From assembly GCA_950097015.1 (NCBI GenBank), contig CATNEN010000027.1, forward strand, positions 620,001-684,000: a DNA stretch of 64,000 nucleotides. Direction: 5' to 3'. Below are positions 33,720-46,863 of the stretch, piece by piece. This stretch comes from Macrostomum hystrix. Taxonomy: Eukaryota > Animalia > Platyhelminthes. Under the pieces are notes generated by a model. The model saw only the letters and a list, made by a program, of their open reading frames with translations, was not told the DNA's origin and did not search any database. The position numbers were made by a program, and so were the translations under genes. Each line of letters opens with the position of its first letter. Positions within the stretch are counted from its first letter, which is position 1.

Positions 33720-36700
33720 CTAGGCGGCCATGGAGCCGGTGTTGAGCCGCTCAATGCACCTGGTGGGCTCCAGATAGTTCAAATCGGTGTTGCCGCAATA
33801 ATCGACAAAGTTTCTATCGGTTAGGCGGGACTCGAACCATTTTGGGGCGCAGTTAAAGTACACGCACCAGCTGCAGGAGGTCACGGGAGCCAGGTAGAAA
33901 ACTAGCAGGAATATGAGGCAGATTGTTAGCCACAGAAGCAAACAGACGCCGACGCTAATTAGGCGACACTTGTAGGCGCTCTCATCCGTGCTGCCGCGGT
34001 GGATGTAGGGCAGCAGAGCCACGGACAGCAGGCAGCCGGAGGCGAAGCCGCCGAGGTTGGCAAAGTTGTCGAACCAGGGAAAGAAGCCAAGGCCGATCAG
34101 GACGCCCAGGGTCAGCACGAAGATGGTGATTGCGCGGGCCCGGTCGGCTACGTAACGCCAGGACAGGCCGAACTCAATCAGAATGGGCGTCAGGGAGCCC
34201 ACCTGACATGGCGGAGTGAGCACAGTGCTCAATAAATTCTAAAGATCGACAAGAAGATCTTTAAAACTTGAAAAATCAACGAGATGGGAGAATCACTGAG
34301 GGGATCTCGAATTGGGAGAATGAATGAGGGGATCTCGAATTGGGAGAATCAGTGAGGGGATCTCGAATTGGGAGAATCAGTGAGGGGATCTCAAATTGGG
34401 AGAATCAGAGAGGGGATCTCGAATTGGCAGAATCACTGAGGGGATCTCGTATTGGGAGAATGAATGAGGGGATCTCAAATTGAAGAGAATCAATGAAGAG
34501 ATCTCAAATTGAAGAGAATCAATGAGGGGATCTCAAATTGAAGAGAATCAATGAGGGGATCTCGTATTGGGGAGAATCAGAGAGGGGATCTCGGATTGGG
34601 AGAATCAGTGAGGGGATCTCGTATTGGGAGAATCAGAGAGGGGATCTCGAATTGGGGAGAATCAATGAGGGGATCTCGAATTGGGAGAATCAGTGAGGGA
34701 TCTCGAATTGGGAGAATCAGAGAGGGGATCTCGAATTGGGGAGAATCAATGAGGGGATCTCGAATTGGGAGAATCAGTGAGGGATCTCGAATTGGGAGAA
34801 TCAGTGAGGGGATCTCAAATTGGGAGAATCAGTGAGGGGATCTCGAATTGGGAGAATCAGTGAGGGATCTCGAATTGGGAGAATCAATGAGGGGATCTCG
34901 AATTGGGAGAATCAGTGAGGGATCTCGAATTGGGAGAATCAATGAGGGGATCTCGAATTGGGGAGAATCAGTGAGGGGATCTCGAATTCGGAAACTCACG
35001 AAGGGATCTCAAACCAGCTGAAATAAAAGAAAGATTTCACAGAAAAACAATACACCAAGAAGAGGATATCAAAAGGGGAAACAAACAGGGCGGTTGAGAA
35101 GCAGAGAGAAATGCTGACCTGAGCACTAGTGGGTCCAACATCCACAACATAGGGCAGGAAGTTGATGGAGAGCAGGTTGCCCATGAAGCCGGAGCCAATG
35201 TAGATGATGGCCGTCCTGTGCCAGCCGGCCAGCTGTTCCAGGCGCCTGAGGAATAGCAGGTGGTGCAGCAGGGTGACGCCCAGTGTGACTATGCCAGCGT
35301 GGAGGAACAGGCTGGTGAACAGGCGGTAGAACTGGGCCGGCCGCTCTGGATCCGCAACGCCCAGCATGCCGCAGGTGTTGCTGATGCAGTTCACCTGGGA
35401 GCAGAGCTGCCGCTCGGGAAAGAAGGTGCCGCGCAGGAAATCGCAGCGGTGCTGAGTTGTCATGACGCATTCGCCTAAGGGATTAGTTTGAGTCTGTTAC
35501 AAATAATTGTTTGAAACTAGTTGCTAAGGAGCACGAAACGAAACTAAGCACGTAACAAAATTGAAGAGAACATGGTTGCCAAGGTTCATGGAATCGGGTT
35601 GCTATGGAAAAATTATCAGGTGGCTAAGAAAAATAGAGACCGGTAGCTAAAGGGGAAAAGAAAGAGGTTGCTAAGGCACCCGGGTCACAAAAGAAAACAC
35701 TACTGTGTTGCCAGGGAAATGGAAAAAGGTTGCTAGGATGCATAGAGACGAGTGCCCACTTCACTTGGCAAATTGAATTGTGTCAGTACCTTTAATGCCA
35801 ACGCAGCAAGGCCTGGCGCTGATGGGGCAGTTCAGATGGTTTAAGCTGCTGCCGTCCATAACAGGTGTCTCGGCCTTCAGGCACGGCGGCCAGCGCGTGA
35901 TGTCATCCGGCCAGGCCTGGTGGAACACGGAGCGCGGATGCAGGCAGGTGCTTGGGTCCTGGCCGCAAACAGCGCCGCTAATCCGACCGTTGGGTCCCGG
36001 ATTAGCCGGGGTCCACTTAATCCAGGTGCTCATGATTTTTGAGCAGCTGGCGGCCGAACTCTGGAAGCAGGCGGAGCCATCGTTGTGAATGCAGCAGCCG
36101 GTCTGGTTTTCGGCGGCGAGCTGAGGTTCCAGGATGTCGCGATAGAGCTTGTCGTAGCGGCGCATGCAGAGGCTGTACTTGGCGCCCACACGGATCAGGT
36201 CCGACATGCGGGGCCCGATGAACAGGTTGAAGTAGTCTATGGCACACACCTGCGCGGGGAGGACCGAGTGGGATTTAAGTGAGTAAAGGGGAGATGAAAT
36301 GGGATTTCAGTCTGTGAGAAGGGATAGAATGGGATTTCAGTCGGTGGGGATAGATAGAATGGGATTTTAGTCAATGGGAGGGGATAGATAGAATGGGATT
36401 TTAGTCAATGGGAGGGGATAGATAGAATGGGATTTTAGTCAATGGGAGGGGATAGATAGAATGGGATTTTAGTCAATGGGAGGGGATAGATAGAATGGGA
36501 TTTTAGTCAATGGGAGGGGATAGATAGAATGGGATTTTAGTCAATGGGAGGGGATAGATAGAATGGGATCTCAGTCGGTGGGAAAAGGATAGATGGAATG
36601 GGATCTCAGTCGAAGGGAGATGAACGAATGGTATATTTTGGTGAGACTGTACAGTGTAGATGCTTCTTTTCGGGGAGTTTTATTCCAGTGGTTCAGAGCA

Positions 36701-39041
36701 TCGCAAAGGCATCTCAACCTTAGCAGACAGCATATTCCTTGTGGTGATCTCAGCCTCCCGAGTGCTGTAAACCATGACGCCGACAGGTGCAAAACCAAAT
36801 GTGAACAGCGTGCCGAAGAACACGAGCACGTGCACCAGAGTGATCCAGTAGGTGAAGTAGGGCCTGTGCAGCAGGGTCGGGTTAATGTCCCGCTCTAGAG
36901 CAACAGTGCCCGAATCATTCGCATGCACATTGAAGCAGGACAGCAGGCCTGCTGAGACCGCCCTGCGCTGCTGTCGCGGCCGACAGCGCCTGCCGGCGAC
37001 CGGCTTCCCCTTTGCCGACTTAACGTAGGACCGAAACTGCCGATCGAAAGGGCTGGTCTTCGAGGAGGCGTCTGCTGGCGGCAGGCCGGACGGTCCGGCC
37101 GATGTCTCCCGGGTGCCCGATGTGGCCAAATCAGGCGTCGTTGCTGCCGCGGAGCCGCGCTGCTGTCTGGCCAATCCGACTGAGCAGACAATTTTGGAGC
37201 TGCCGGCACTGGATCTCTCGCTGGCCGGGTCATAGTTGTAGGTGTTGTTCAGCTGGCACAGCTCGACCGGGCGTGGGCTGTGAATCGAACAGGTGGCGGT
37301 GTTTACAGCTTCCGCTTCAGGCGAAGCTGCGGCCGGCGATTGGGCGCGGCGTCTGTGTCGCCAGGACGAGGACGACGAAGCGATGACGTTGGCGGTGCCG
37401 CGCAGCAGGGCTGACATTGCGCTGGGCCGTGCGCCGTGCTGATAGCCAGACGATGAAGATGTTGAAAAGCCGACGCCAACGAAATCGGCGCCATCGCCGG
37501 AGAAGTCCTGATTCAGCTCGTCAAGATAGGCGCTAGCATTGTTGAAGTTCTGGCAGAGTCGCACACTCGGCGAGGACAGCTGACGATCCACTAGGGAAAA
37601 GGCGGCTGCTGAGCCAGATGTGCCCAGGGACTCTGGTGGCGGCTGCTGCTGGTGGCAGAAGACAGGGGTAGCGAAGGACAGCTCCGCTGAAGGAGTTGCC
37701 CCTGTAGCCTGTCAGATGTGAATTGTAGTGGTTCAGGTAAAGAGTAAGTGGCATAAATGGGTTCTTGGAAGTGGTATTTTTATTTTAAAGGAGTGACAGA
37801 AATGGGTCATAAGTAGTGATAGAAATGGGTCATAAGTAGTGATAGAAATGGGTCATAAGTAGTGACAGAAATTGGTCATAAGTAGTGACAGAAATGGGTC
37901 ATTAGGAGTGAAAGAAATGGTTTAAATGACAATGGCAGAAATGGGTCACAAGGATTGATAGTAATAAGTCATAGGAAGTGACAGAAATGGGTCTCAGGGA
38001 GTGAACAGACAGTGACAGAAGTGGGTCGCAGGGAGTGACAAAAATGGGTCAAAGAAAGTGACAGAAGTGGGTCATAGTAAGTGACAGAAATGGGTCATAG
38101 GAGTGACATAAATGGGTCACAGGGAGTGACAGAAATCAGGGAGTGACAGAAATGGGACACAGGGAGTGACAGAAATCAGGGAGTGACAGAAATGGGTCAC
38201 AGGGAGTGACAGAAATCAGGGAGTGACAGAAATGGGTCACAGAGAGTGACATAAATGGGTCACAGGGAGTGACAAAAATGGGTCACATGGAGTGACAGAA
38301 ATCAGGGAGTGACAGAAATGGGTCACAGGGAGTGACAGAAATGGGTCACAGGGAGTGACAGAAATGGGTCACAGGGAGTGACATAAATGGGTCACAGGGA
38401 GTGACAAAAAAGGGTCACAGGGAGTGACAGAAATGGGTCACAGGGAGTGACAGAAATGGGTCATAGGAGTGACAGAAATGTGTCATAGGAGTAGTAACCT
38501 TAGGCTGATGCAGCTTGTCCACCAGCACACTGGTGTAGCCGGCCATCATGTGCAGCCTGCGCTGGCTCCACTTGTCTGACAGGGTGGCACGCCGGTCGCC
38601 GGCCACAGCCAGGCCGAAGGGTGACAGGCAGGCTGATTTGGCCCTCTGCGACAGAGCCGAAGCGGTGGCAACGCCGGCAGCGGAATGTCGACTCAGATGA
38701 TGTGACAGCCTGGTGGCGGGAGCGGCCGGAGCCGACCCGGCAACAAAGGACCGTTGCTGCTGCTGCTGAATAACTAGACTGTGCCCGAACTGCCGTCGAC
38801 CAGATATTCCAACGCCAGATGAGGAAGCGAAAGAAGTCGACGCTGATGTAGCAGACGCTCCTGCGGTTGGCTGTGGCGGCAGGGGCGAGGAGTTTATTTC
38901 GTTGTCGCGGTCGTCATCGGCCTCCGGATCGGACATGAGGAATTGAAGCCTCTCTTCGCCTTCTTCTTCGTCGGCATCAGCACCTTCGGAGCTCAAAAAG
39001 TCGGCGCTGCCCATTGGCTGCTGGCGTTGGTAATGAGGCAT
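33720..39041 (-). CDS. RHBDF: Inactive rhomboid (iRhom), ~940 aa
   Basis: Exons 39041-38499, 37708-36719, 36249-35790, 35474-35119, 34202-33720 are all phase-compatible. HRPYFTYW, Cys-rich iRhom homology domain, QFYRLFTSLFLHAG, the iRhom GPx signature (VGPTSAQ), and no catalytic His (FANLGGF). Confidence 0.93.
34285..34990. repeat. ~28-bp intronic minisatellite (iRhom intron 4)
   Basis: gaggggatctcgaattgggagaatcagt variants. Confidence 0.95.
36295..36612. repeat. 34-bp intronic minisatellite (iRhom intron 2)
   Basis: gggattttagtcaatgggaggggatagatagaat. Confidence 0.9.
37790..38490. repeat. ~23-bp intronic minisatellite (iRhom intron 1)
   Basis: gggagtgacagaaatgggtcaca variants. Confidence 0.93.
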
Positions 39042-39149
39042 TGCTAGCCCTCGAGCCTTTGATGTCTGCGGAAACAGAAGGAGCGAGATACAGTGGACTG
39101 AACAGCTTACTTCATCTGTTCCTCTCGCTGATCCTAGATCTGCTTCTAC

Positions 39150-40205
39150 ATCTCCCACATCTAGCTGCTCCCACCTCCCCTCATCTAGCTACTCCCACCT
39201 CCCCTCATCTAGCTACTCCCACCTCCCCTCATCTAGCTACTCCCACCTCCCCTCATCTAGCTACTCCCACCTCCCCTCATCTAGCTGCTACCACCTCCCC
39301 TCATCTAGCTGCTCCCACCTCCCCTCATCTAGCTGCTCCCACCTCCCCTCATCTAGCTACTCCCACCTCCCCTCATCTAGCTGCTACCACCTCCCCTCAT
39401 CTAGCTGCTACCACCTCCCCTCATCTAGCTGCTCCCACCTCCCCTCATCTAGCTGCTACCACCTCCACTACCTTCCCTCATTCCCCTCCTGTAGCTACCC
39501 TCCCTCATTCCTCTTCTCTAGCTACCCTCCCTCATTCCCCTTCTCTAGCTACCCTCCCTCATTCCCCTTCTCTAGCTACCCTCCCTCATTCCCCTTCTCT
39601 AGCTACCCTCCCTCATTCCCCTTCTCTAGCTACCCTCCCTCATTCCCCTTCTCTAGCTACCCTCCCTCATTCCCCTTCTCTAGCTACCCTCCCTCATTCC
39701 CCTTCTCTAGCTACCCTCCCTCATTCCCCTTCTCTAGCTACCCTCCCTCATTCCCCTTCTCTAGCTACCCTCCCTCATTCCCCTTCTCTAGCTACCCTCC
39801 CTCATTCCCCTTCTCTAGCTACCCTCCCTCATTCCCCTTCTCTAGCTACCCTCCCTCATTCCCCTTCTCTAGCTACCCTCCCTCATTCCCCTTCTCTAGC
39901 TACCCTCCCTCATTCCCCTTCTCTAGCTACCCTCCCTCATTCCCCTTCTCTAGCTACCCTCCCTCATTCCCCTTCTCTAGCTACCCTCCCTCATTCCCCT
40001 TCTCTAGCTACCCTCCCTCATTCCCCTTCTCTAGCTACCCTCCCTCATTCCCCTTCTCTAGCTACCCTCCCTCATTCCCCTTCTCTAGCTACCCTCCCTC
40101 ATTCCCCTTCTCTAGCTACCCTCCCTCATTTCCCTTCTCTAGCTACCCTCCCTCATTCCCCTTCTCTAGCTACCCTCCCTCATTCCCCTTTTGCAGCTAC
40201 CCTCC
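39150..40205. repeat. Compound 24-bp then 27-bp minisatellite between EMC7 and iRhom
   Basis: ctagctactcccacctcccctcat units followed by ctagctaccctccctcattccccttct units. Confidence 0.95.
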
Positions 40206-40707
40206 CTCGAAAAATGAATTGCAATGCCATAATCGATGAAACCAAAACTTGCTTTATTTTTTGCTGTAACATAAAGTTTCAATTTTAAGGGTAAAGCATA
40301 TTAATTTTGTTAGATAGAACACATCTACTAAACAGAAATATGCCTCAGTCTACCAGCCGATCAGTTGAGGTGTCGTACGTATCTTTATACCATTAGATAC
40401 AACAATATTCACATTAAAAAGACAACAGACAGAACAGGCATATAAGTGTACTAGTACTCATGAATAAAAATCAATGAAACAAAGTTATGACGAAGAAATG
40501 AAACAAACAAGTAAAAAAGTGAACCTTATTTTTATCAGCGCCTACAAATGACAGATTTATCATAGGCGAGTCTGTCACATTGAATTTTTAGTTTTATTTT
40601 TAAACAGCGATTAGCTAGATATAGAAAGTGTAGTGCACAGAAATAGTAGTTCAATATAATCGTCTTCCAACCAGCACAACACGAATCTGATCCCATTTCC
40701 CCACCGC

Positions 40708-41388
40708 TTAGGCGGTTCGCTTCTTCAATCCGGGCCGCTTGGCGTCCTTCACGGCTCCGGCGGAACGTCGAGAGCCGCCGCCGCCGCCGCCGCCCAGCCA
40801 GTTGGTGAGGGTTTCGGCAAAGTCTGGCATATTCTGCTTACTATTCAGAAAGTTCATCTGCTGCTGCATCTCCTTGCGCACCTCCGGATCCTGGGCGTTC
40901 ATCAGCTTGGGCATGACCAGCAGTATGAGCATTGGCACAACCATGATCAGCACTGACGGGTTCATGAGCAGGTCCATAGTACGCAGCTGTTCCCGCTGCT
41001 GAAAGTACGCGGCCCTACCCAGGCTGACAAATCGCAATGGATAGCTCAGCTTCTTGACCAAAGCGGGCTGGAGGAAGTTCAATTTGCGGGCTCGAATCTT
41101 GCCGCTACTGGCCACATCTATGCGCATGGGCTCGAACAGGTAGTCGGGATGGATAGCCTCCACTACAAATGAGCCGCTGGGCACGTGCTGCACTACAAAG
41201 GTGCGATTAGTGCGTACAAATCCCAGGTAATTGCCTGAGTCCACTGTGATGCGAGTCTTGGCTAGGAAATCTGCATCAGCGTCCATCGGCTGCTCGATGA
41301 CACCTTCGATAGTGTGTCCACAGGTGACAGTCAGGTAAGCAGCTAGCAGTGCAAGGCCGTAGCACAGGTGGCTGATTGTTGTTGGCAT
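40708..41388 (-). CDS. EMC7: ER membrane protein complex subunit 7 (226 aa, single exon)
   Basis: Signal peptide MPTTISHLCYGLALLAAYLTVTC; GSFVVEAIHPDYLFEPMRIDVASSGKIRAR; YFQQREQ...LLMNPSVLIMVVPMLILLVMPKLMN. Confidence 0.93.
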   Translation of the reverse strand: MPTTISHLCYGLALLAAYLTVTCGHTIEGVIEQPMDADADFLAKTRITVDSGNYLGFVRTNRTFVVQHVPSGSFVVEAIHPDYLFEPMRIDVASSGKIRARKLNFLQPALVKKLSYPLRFVSLGRAAYFQQREQLRTMDLLMNPSVLIMVVPMLILLVMPKLMNAQDPEVRKEMQQQMNFLNSKQNMPDFAETLTNWLGGGGGGGSRRSAGAVKDAKRPGLKKRTA

Positions 41389-41504
41389 TGCTTCTAGTAG
41401 AAATTGAATGGCTAGAAATGTGCGACAATTGAATATAATCAATATGCTTTAACAATAGACAGACAATGCCATTTTCCTCATGGGGAGACCACAAGGGTAT
41501 TTCA

Positions 41505-42060
41505 TTCCTTCACAAATCCACAAACTAAAAAGACAATCCTTCACAAATCCACAAACTAAAAAGACATTCCATCACAAATCCACAAACTAAAAAGACAATC
41601 CTACACAAATCCACAAACTAAAAAGACAATCCTTCACAAATCCACAAACTAAAAAGACATTCCATCACAAATCCACAAACTAAAAAGACAATCCTACACA
41701 AATCCACAAACTAAAAAGACAATCCTTCACAAATCCACAAACTAAAAAGACAATCCTTCACAAATCCACAAACTAAAAAGACAATCCTACACAAATCCAC
41801 AAACTAAAAAGACAATCCTTCACAAATCCACAAACTAAAAAGACAATCCTACACAAATCCACAAACTAAAAAGACAATCCTACACAAATCCACAAACTAA
41901 AAAGACAATCCTTCACAAATCCACAAACTAAAAAGACATTCCATCACAAATCCACAAACTAAAAAGACAATCCTTCACAAATCCACAAACTAAAAAGACA
42001 ATCCTTCACAAATCCACAAACTAAAAAGGCAATCCTTCACAAATCCACAAACTAAAAAGG
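41505..42060. repeat. 31-bp minisatellite between MTFMT and EMC7
   Basis: caaactaaaaagacaatccttcacaaatcca. Confidence 0.95.
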
Positions 42061-42624
42061 CATTATTTAACATCCTGACTTTCCTGAACTACAAAAACGC
42101 ATTCTAAGGAAAAATCCTAAGAAAAAGGATTCGAAAGGATTTAAAAAATGAAACGGTATTCGAAAATTAGCAAAGCGAAATTGCTAATACTTTAATTGCT
42201 TTTGTCAAGTGTACTTTTAAATTGTATTCAGAAAAACCTATTTCTAACAAGGCAATCAAATAGTCGATTATAACTTTGTTTTTTAAAGTCCAGCAAGGTG
42301 ACTGTGCGGCGAATGCTTTTAAAAGAAACAATAATTTAACAACAAAAATGCATTTTCTAGGCCAAAATGTGGATAAATAGACAAGTTATAAAAGCTTGAG
42401 ATAATAGGTTATCGATAACAATTGGGTGCTTGAAGCCGATTTCATCTAGCTTTGGTATTCTGATCAAGAGGTCGGGAGTTCTAATCTCAGTCCAACGGAT
42501 ACAATTTGTGAGCTTGAACAGAACACTATTTTCCCATAGTGTCTCCCTCTAACAATATGAAAGCTGCAGTTTTTCTAATAATGCAGTGTAAATCCAATTC
42601 CTGAAGGTCTAAATAAAAAGTGGA

Positions 42625-44002
42625 CTAATTCCTCTCCCTCCTATTGGCGTTGTGTTGAGCAGTAAGTGCACCGGCTGAGTAATAGCCATTTGGCAGGCCG
42701 AGCAGTCTAGCCCAGGAGCCGCTGCTGGCCAGGTAGCCATTGCGCACATCAGCAGCCGACAGTTTAGGCTTGCCGGCGCGGGTCAGCCAGCGAAATCCCG
42801 CCCAGCCACCGTCGGCGCAACCGACTAGCAGCAGGCCGCTGTCGGCGTCAACCCGGAGCTCGCCGGGCGCGCCGGAACGATCGGCGGAGCTAGTCCGCTG
42901 ATGCCCGGCCAGCGCAACCAGGGCTTCCCGGCGGCCGTGCCGATGGCTGCCGAATTCCAGGCGACAGCGCAGAGGCCAGGCGTGGCCAAGACCCCGAGCG
43001 GTCCGGTCCACCTGGTCAGCTGTCATGCGACCGAAGTCCAGACAGGCGAAACTGGGGTCGGGCCTGCGGACAGCATGAATCCGGACTATTGTTGGTCCCT
43101 GATCCCATCTCACTGATCCTCTAGCTTCTCTGATCCCATCTCACTGATCCTTTAGCTTCTCTGATCCCATCTCACTGATCCTCAAGCTTCTCTGATTCCA
43201 TCTAACTTATTCTCTAACTTCTCTGATCCCATCTCACTGATTCTCTAGATCTGTTAATACACACTTGCTAGTTCCCAAGACCCAAGTAGATCCCACTTCG
43301 CTAATCCCTTAGCTCCCAGATCCCATTTCGCTAATCCCTTCGCTCGGGCTACAACATTTCTCATCATCTTAAGAGACAATCCAGCTAAGCAGACCTCTTT
43401 GCCAGCGACCTGGCGTAGGGCAGATCGGCCTGGGCAACGCCAGCTCTCCTGGCGGCCGGCAGGTCAGTCAGCGTTGCCTCCAGGCAGTCGCAGCCGAGCT
43501 CGGCCAGCTGGTTGAGCAGCTGCGGAGTTGTCTCATCGCCAGTCAGAGATATTCGACGCTGCAGCAGGACGCCACCTTTATCGAAGCCGTTCGGTGACAC
43601 CTCCGTGATCGACACGCCTGTGTAGGTATCGCCAGCCAGGATGGCGTACAGGATGGGAGCGGAACCACGCCATCTGGGCAGGAGGCTGGGGTGCACATTG
43701 ATGGCGCCCAGCGGGAACTGACGCAGCACACTTGCAGGAATGAATCGGCCAAAGGAGGCCACAATTCCGATGTCGAATTGGCCGAATTGGAAGCTGTCGG
43801 GCTGCCAGGCGTTCACCGGCACGTTGAGGCGACAAGCCGCCTCGCTGGCTGGACATTGGCTGGCGCTGGAGGTCACGAGTTCAAGTCCAGATAGACGACC
43901 GGACTGCAGCATGCGGTAGAGGCGGGCCAGATGAATACAGGTGAATTGATCGCTGCCGAGTAGCAGAGCCCGTAGGGGCCCGGCAACAGGGCTAGCAACC
44001 AT
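42625..44002 (-). CDS. MTFMT: Mitochondrial methionyl-tRNA formyltransferase (N-terminus uncertain)
   Basis: Exon 44002(or 44023)-43395 joins exon 43063-42625 in phase 2 (LAKR|PDPSF). Motifs GIVASFGRFIP, INVHPSLLPRWRGSAPI, FDKGGVL. Confidence 0.9.
43105..43250. repeat. 31-bp intronic minisatellite (MTFMT intron)
   Basis: tgatcccatctcactgatcctctagcttctc variants. Confidence 0.85.
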
Positions 44003-44139
44003 TGATTTGCCCGCGGTCAATCGCTAGCAGCTCGAAATGTTCGCTTTACCCACAAGCAGATATACTTTCTGGCTGAAATTCGATAAAATAAAGCTAGTCT
44101 TTTGGGGACTGGCCAACATATGACTGGTGAGACCTGACC

Positions 44140-44485
44140 TGGGGACTGAGGGAGACAACCTGAGGGAGACAACCTGAGGACTGAGGGAGACAACCTGAGG
44201 ACTGAGGGAGACAACCTGAGGGCTGAGGGAGACAACCTGAGGACTAAGGGAGACAACCTGAGGACTGAGGGAGACAACCTGAGGACTGAGGGAGACAACC
44301 TGAGGACTGAGGGAGACAACCTGAGGTCTGAGGTAGACAACCTGAGGTCTGAGGGAGACAACCTGAGGTCTGAGGTAGACACTCGGAGGGAGAAAACCTG
44401 ACGACTGAGGTAGACATCCTGAGGGAGAAAACCTGAGGACTGAGGGAGACAATCTGAGGTCTGAGGGAGAACGACCTGAGGTCTG
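44140..44485. repeat. 21-bp minisatellite upstream of MTFMT
   Basis: ctgagggagacaacctgagga. Confidence 0.93.
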
Positions 44486-44690
44486 TGGTAGACAGCCTGA
44501 AATAATATGAAAATCGATCCGATTTAAAACCAGAGAAATTAGTGAGTTCAGTGTGCATTTTTACAAAAGAGCCCTAATCACTTGCGATCAACATAATGCA
44601 CAGTCAGCTACAAGTCCGACACAAAAAGCCGAGCGTGCAATGTTTCAAATGCAAAATCCAAGTATAGATATTTCACAATGCAAGTTTTCA

Positions 44691-45155
44691 TCACAGCTCT
44701 TCAATGGTTGGCTTTTTGGTTGGCGGCGCCGAACCAATCACCAGGTATCGGCGACTGCGGCTGCGGCGCCCCTTGGCAGACAGCAGCTTGCGCGAGCACA
44801 CGGCCGATTCACATGGCACTCGGCCATCGGGTTCGCCATCTTCAACGCTGCAACAACTGCAAGGAAGTTCGTTGCCGTTATTAGCTTCTTCCTGATCAGC
44901 AGCTTCCACTTCGTCCTCGCTGGAGGAATCTGACGACGATGACGAAGCTGAATGATCATCGTCAGGTTGCTCGTAAAGCTGCAATTTAAGCTCTATAAAC
45001 CTGGCCTCAGAATCCGATTGCTTTCTTGTACCTTCAACAGCGATATCGGCGTCATCATCGGTGTCGTCTGGCGGCAGCTCAGCGCACGGCGGCGCCACCG
45101 TGTCCGCCCTAGCCTTGGCTAGAAATGCCTTCACCAGATTCAAGGCTGGAGTCAT
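44691..45155 (-). CDS. Small acidic protein, probably DUF4598/NOPCHAP1 (C12orf45)-like snoRNP assembly chaperone
   Basis: GC-rich 154-aa ORF. LNLVKAFLAKA and RFIELKLQLYE resemble the family motifs, followed by an S/D/E tract and the C-terminal KKPTIEEL. Family assignment is from memory of motifs. Confidence 0.5.
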   Translation of the reverse strand: MTPALNLVKAFLAKARADTVAPPCAELPPDDTDDDADIAVEGTRKQSDSEARFIELKLQLYEQPDDDHSASSSSSDSSSEDEVEAADQEEANNGNELPCSCCSVEDGEPDGRVPCESAVCSRKLLSAKGRRSRSRRYLVIGSAPPTKKPTIEEL

Positions 45156-46863
45156 TGCAGGGCGGGAGTGACTATGCAGTAACTCGGAGGGGCGTTACAA
45201 ATTACCTAAACTGCACATTCATTAAACTGCACATTCGCTGAACTGTCCATTCGCTAAACTGTACAGTCTTTTAACTGTACACTCGCATAACATAAAATAA
45301 AATAATCTGCGAAATTGTAGGCATTCGAACTAGTGCATTCCTTTTATCTTACTATTCATATCACACAATGCTTACAATGAAACAACAGAACTTACATTTG
45401 CTTGGTGGAAGAGAATCGCCATGACTATTTGGCCCATTCATTATTTTATCTGAAAGCTTGTTTTCGAATTTCAAATTTGGGTTTAAATTATCAATAGAAT
45501 TCAGATATAAAAAACTCTTTGTGATTGGTGGACATATTTTACAAGCTACATCTAGCTACATTACCCCCTTTGCAGGTAATTTACATTTTAAAAAACCTAA
45601 TTTTAGGTCTCATCTCTCAGAAGATTCAAAGGTGTTTGCAATACCTAATTGGATTAGATTACATTTATACCTTTATAAAATGGTTATCAAGCTTACAACC
45701 AGCTTGCCAACTACCTGTTTGTCAACCATTACCTAGCCTCATTACCTCATCATTTGAGTCCATTTTGAGCTCATTGCAAGGCCAAGTTTCAGTGCCTTAG
45801 GGGACTTAAGGTCCTTTACTCAGGAATTCATGTGCTCTATTCAAATAAAATTTCAAATCCAACAGATGCACGGCATGGGTTCATAAGCATTATGCCTAGA
45901 TTAGGCATAGCAGACATAGCTAAATTGTGTAGTATTTGTTGTATGCATTTTCGCATAGCATTGAATATATAAGTTTTGTAGTGGTGTGGTGTGGCACAGA
46001 AATGTAACAAAATGTGGGGTGGAGAGTTGTACACTGTCCATGCAGTTATTCTAATAGGATTCATGTTAATTATGGGGACATGGTTGCATGCCTGAAAGCC
46101 CACCGATCTGGAGGCAGCATTTGCCATCATCTTGTTCCTATACTGGAACTGTCATTATTAATTGATCTATTGATCCATTGCATGAAAACTGAAATAAACT
46201 CTTTTTATTTTATAGTTCTGTTTAGCTAACCTTATTTACTAGGTTTGCATAAGCATAAAAAGACTGCAACAGACCACAATAGACTGCAATGGGATCAAGG
46301 AAGTAGGCCCTACTTTTATCTTATAATTTAGCTTTTGTGAACTATGTTGATTTCTAGTTAGTATTTGTTTTAATTTAACTTATTTAAAAACCTTGATAGA
46401 AAACAGATTTATACACTTTTGGAAAATATATTAGTTGTATACAAATAACAAATAGTTGAATTTTGTAATTATTTTCAGTAATTTTTATTTATTTATAGCT
46501 TTTTTCTTATGTTTGCTTCTTAATGGATACTTTTGGCTTAATTTTAACTCACATAAAATTTTATGGTGGTTATTAGATACTAGTAGTTTGATAATCATTA
46601 GTGTCAAGGATTTTTGTTTTCTTTGTATAGTTTTTTATTTAAAAAAACTCATATCATGCATAAAATCTGATTTGCACAAATTTTAATAAGGTAATATGAA
46701 GTGACACATTGTTTGCAAAAATCCCAATAGAGTTAAGATCTCAGAATATCAACCAAACACCACCAGCTCTCTAAGTAATTGCTTTCTAAGTAATAATCAT
46801 AGGTGGCAGAGCAAAAAATTATGGTTACAGTCTTTTTGTCTGCTGCCAGCTTGTCTGCTATTT

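Noticed and set aside
45837-46130. Possible LINE RT C-terminal relic (VYNSPP resembling WNSLP)
   Set aside because: Similarity is too short and weak to support.
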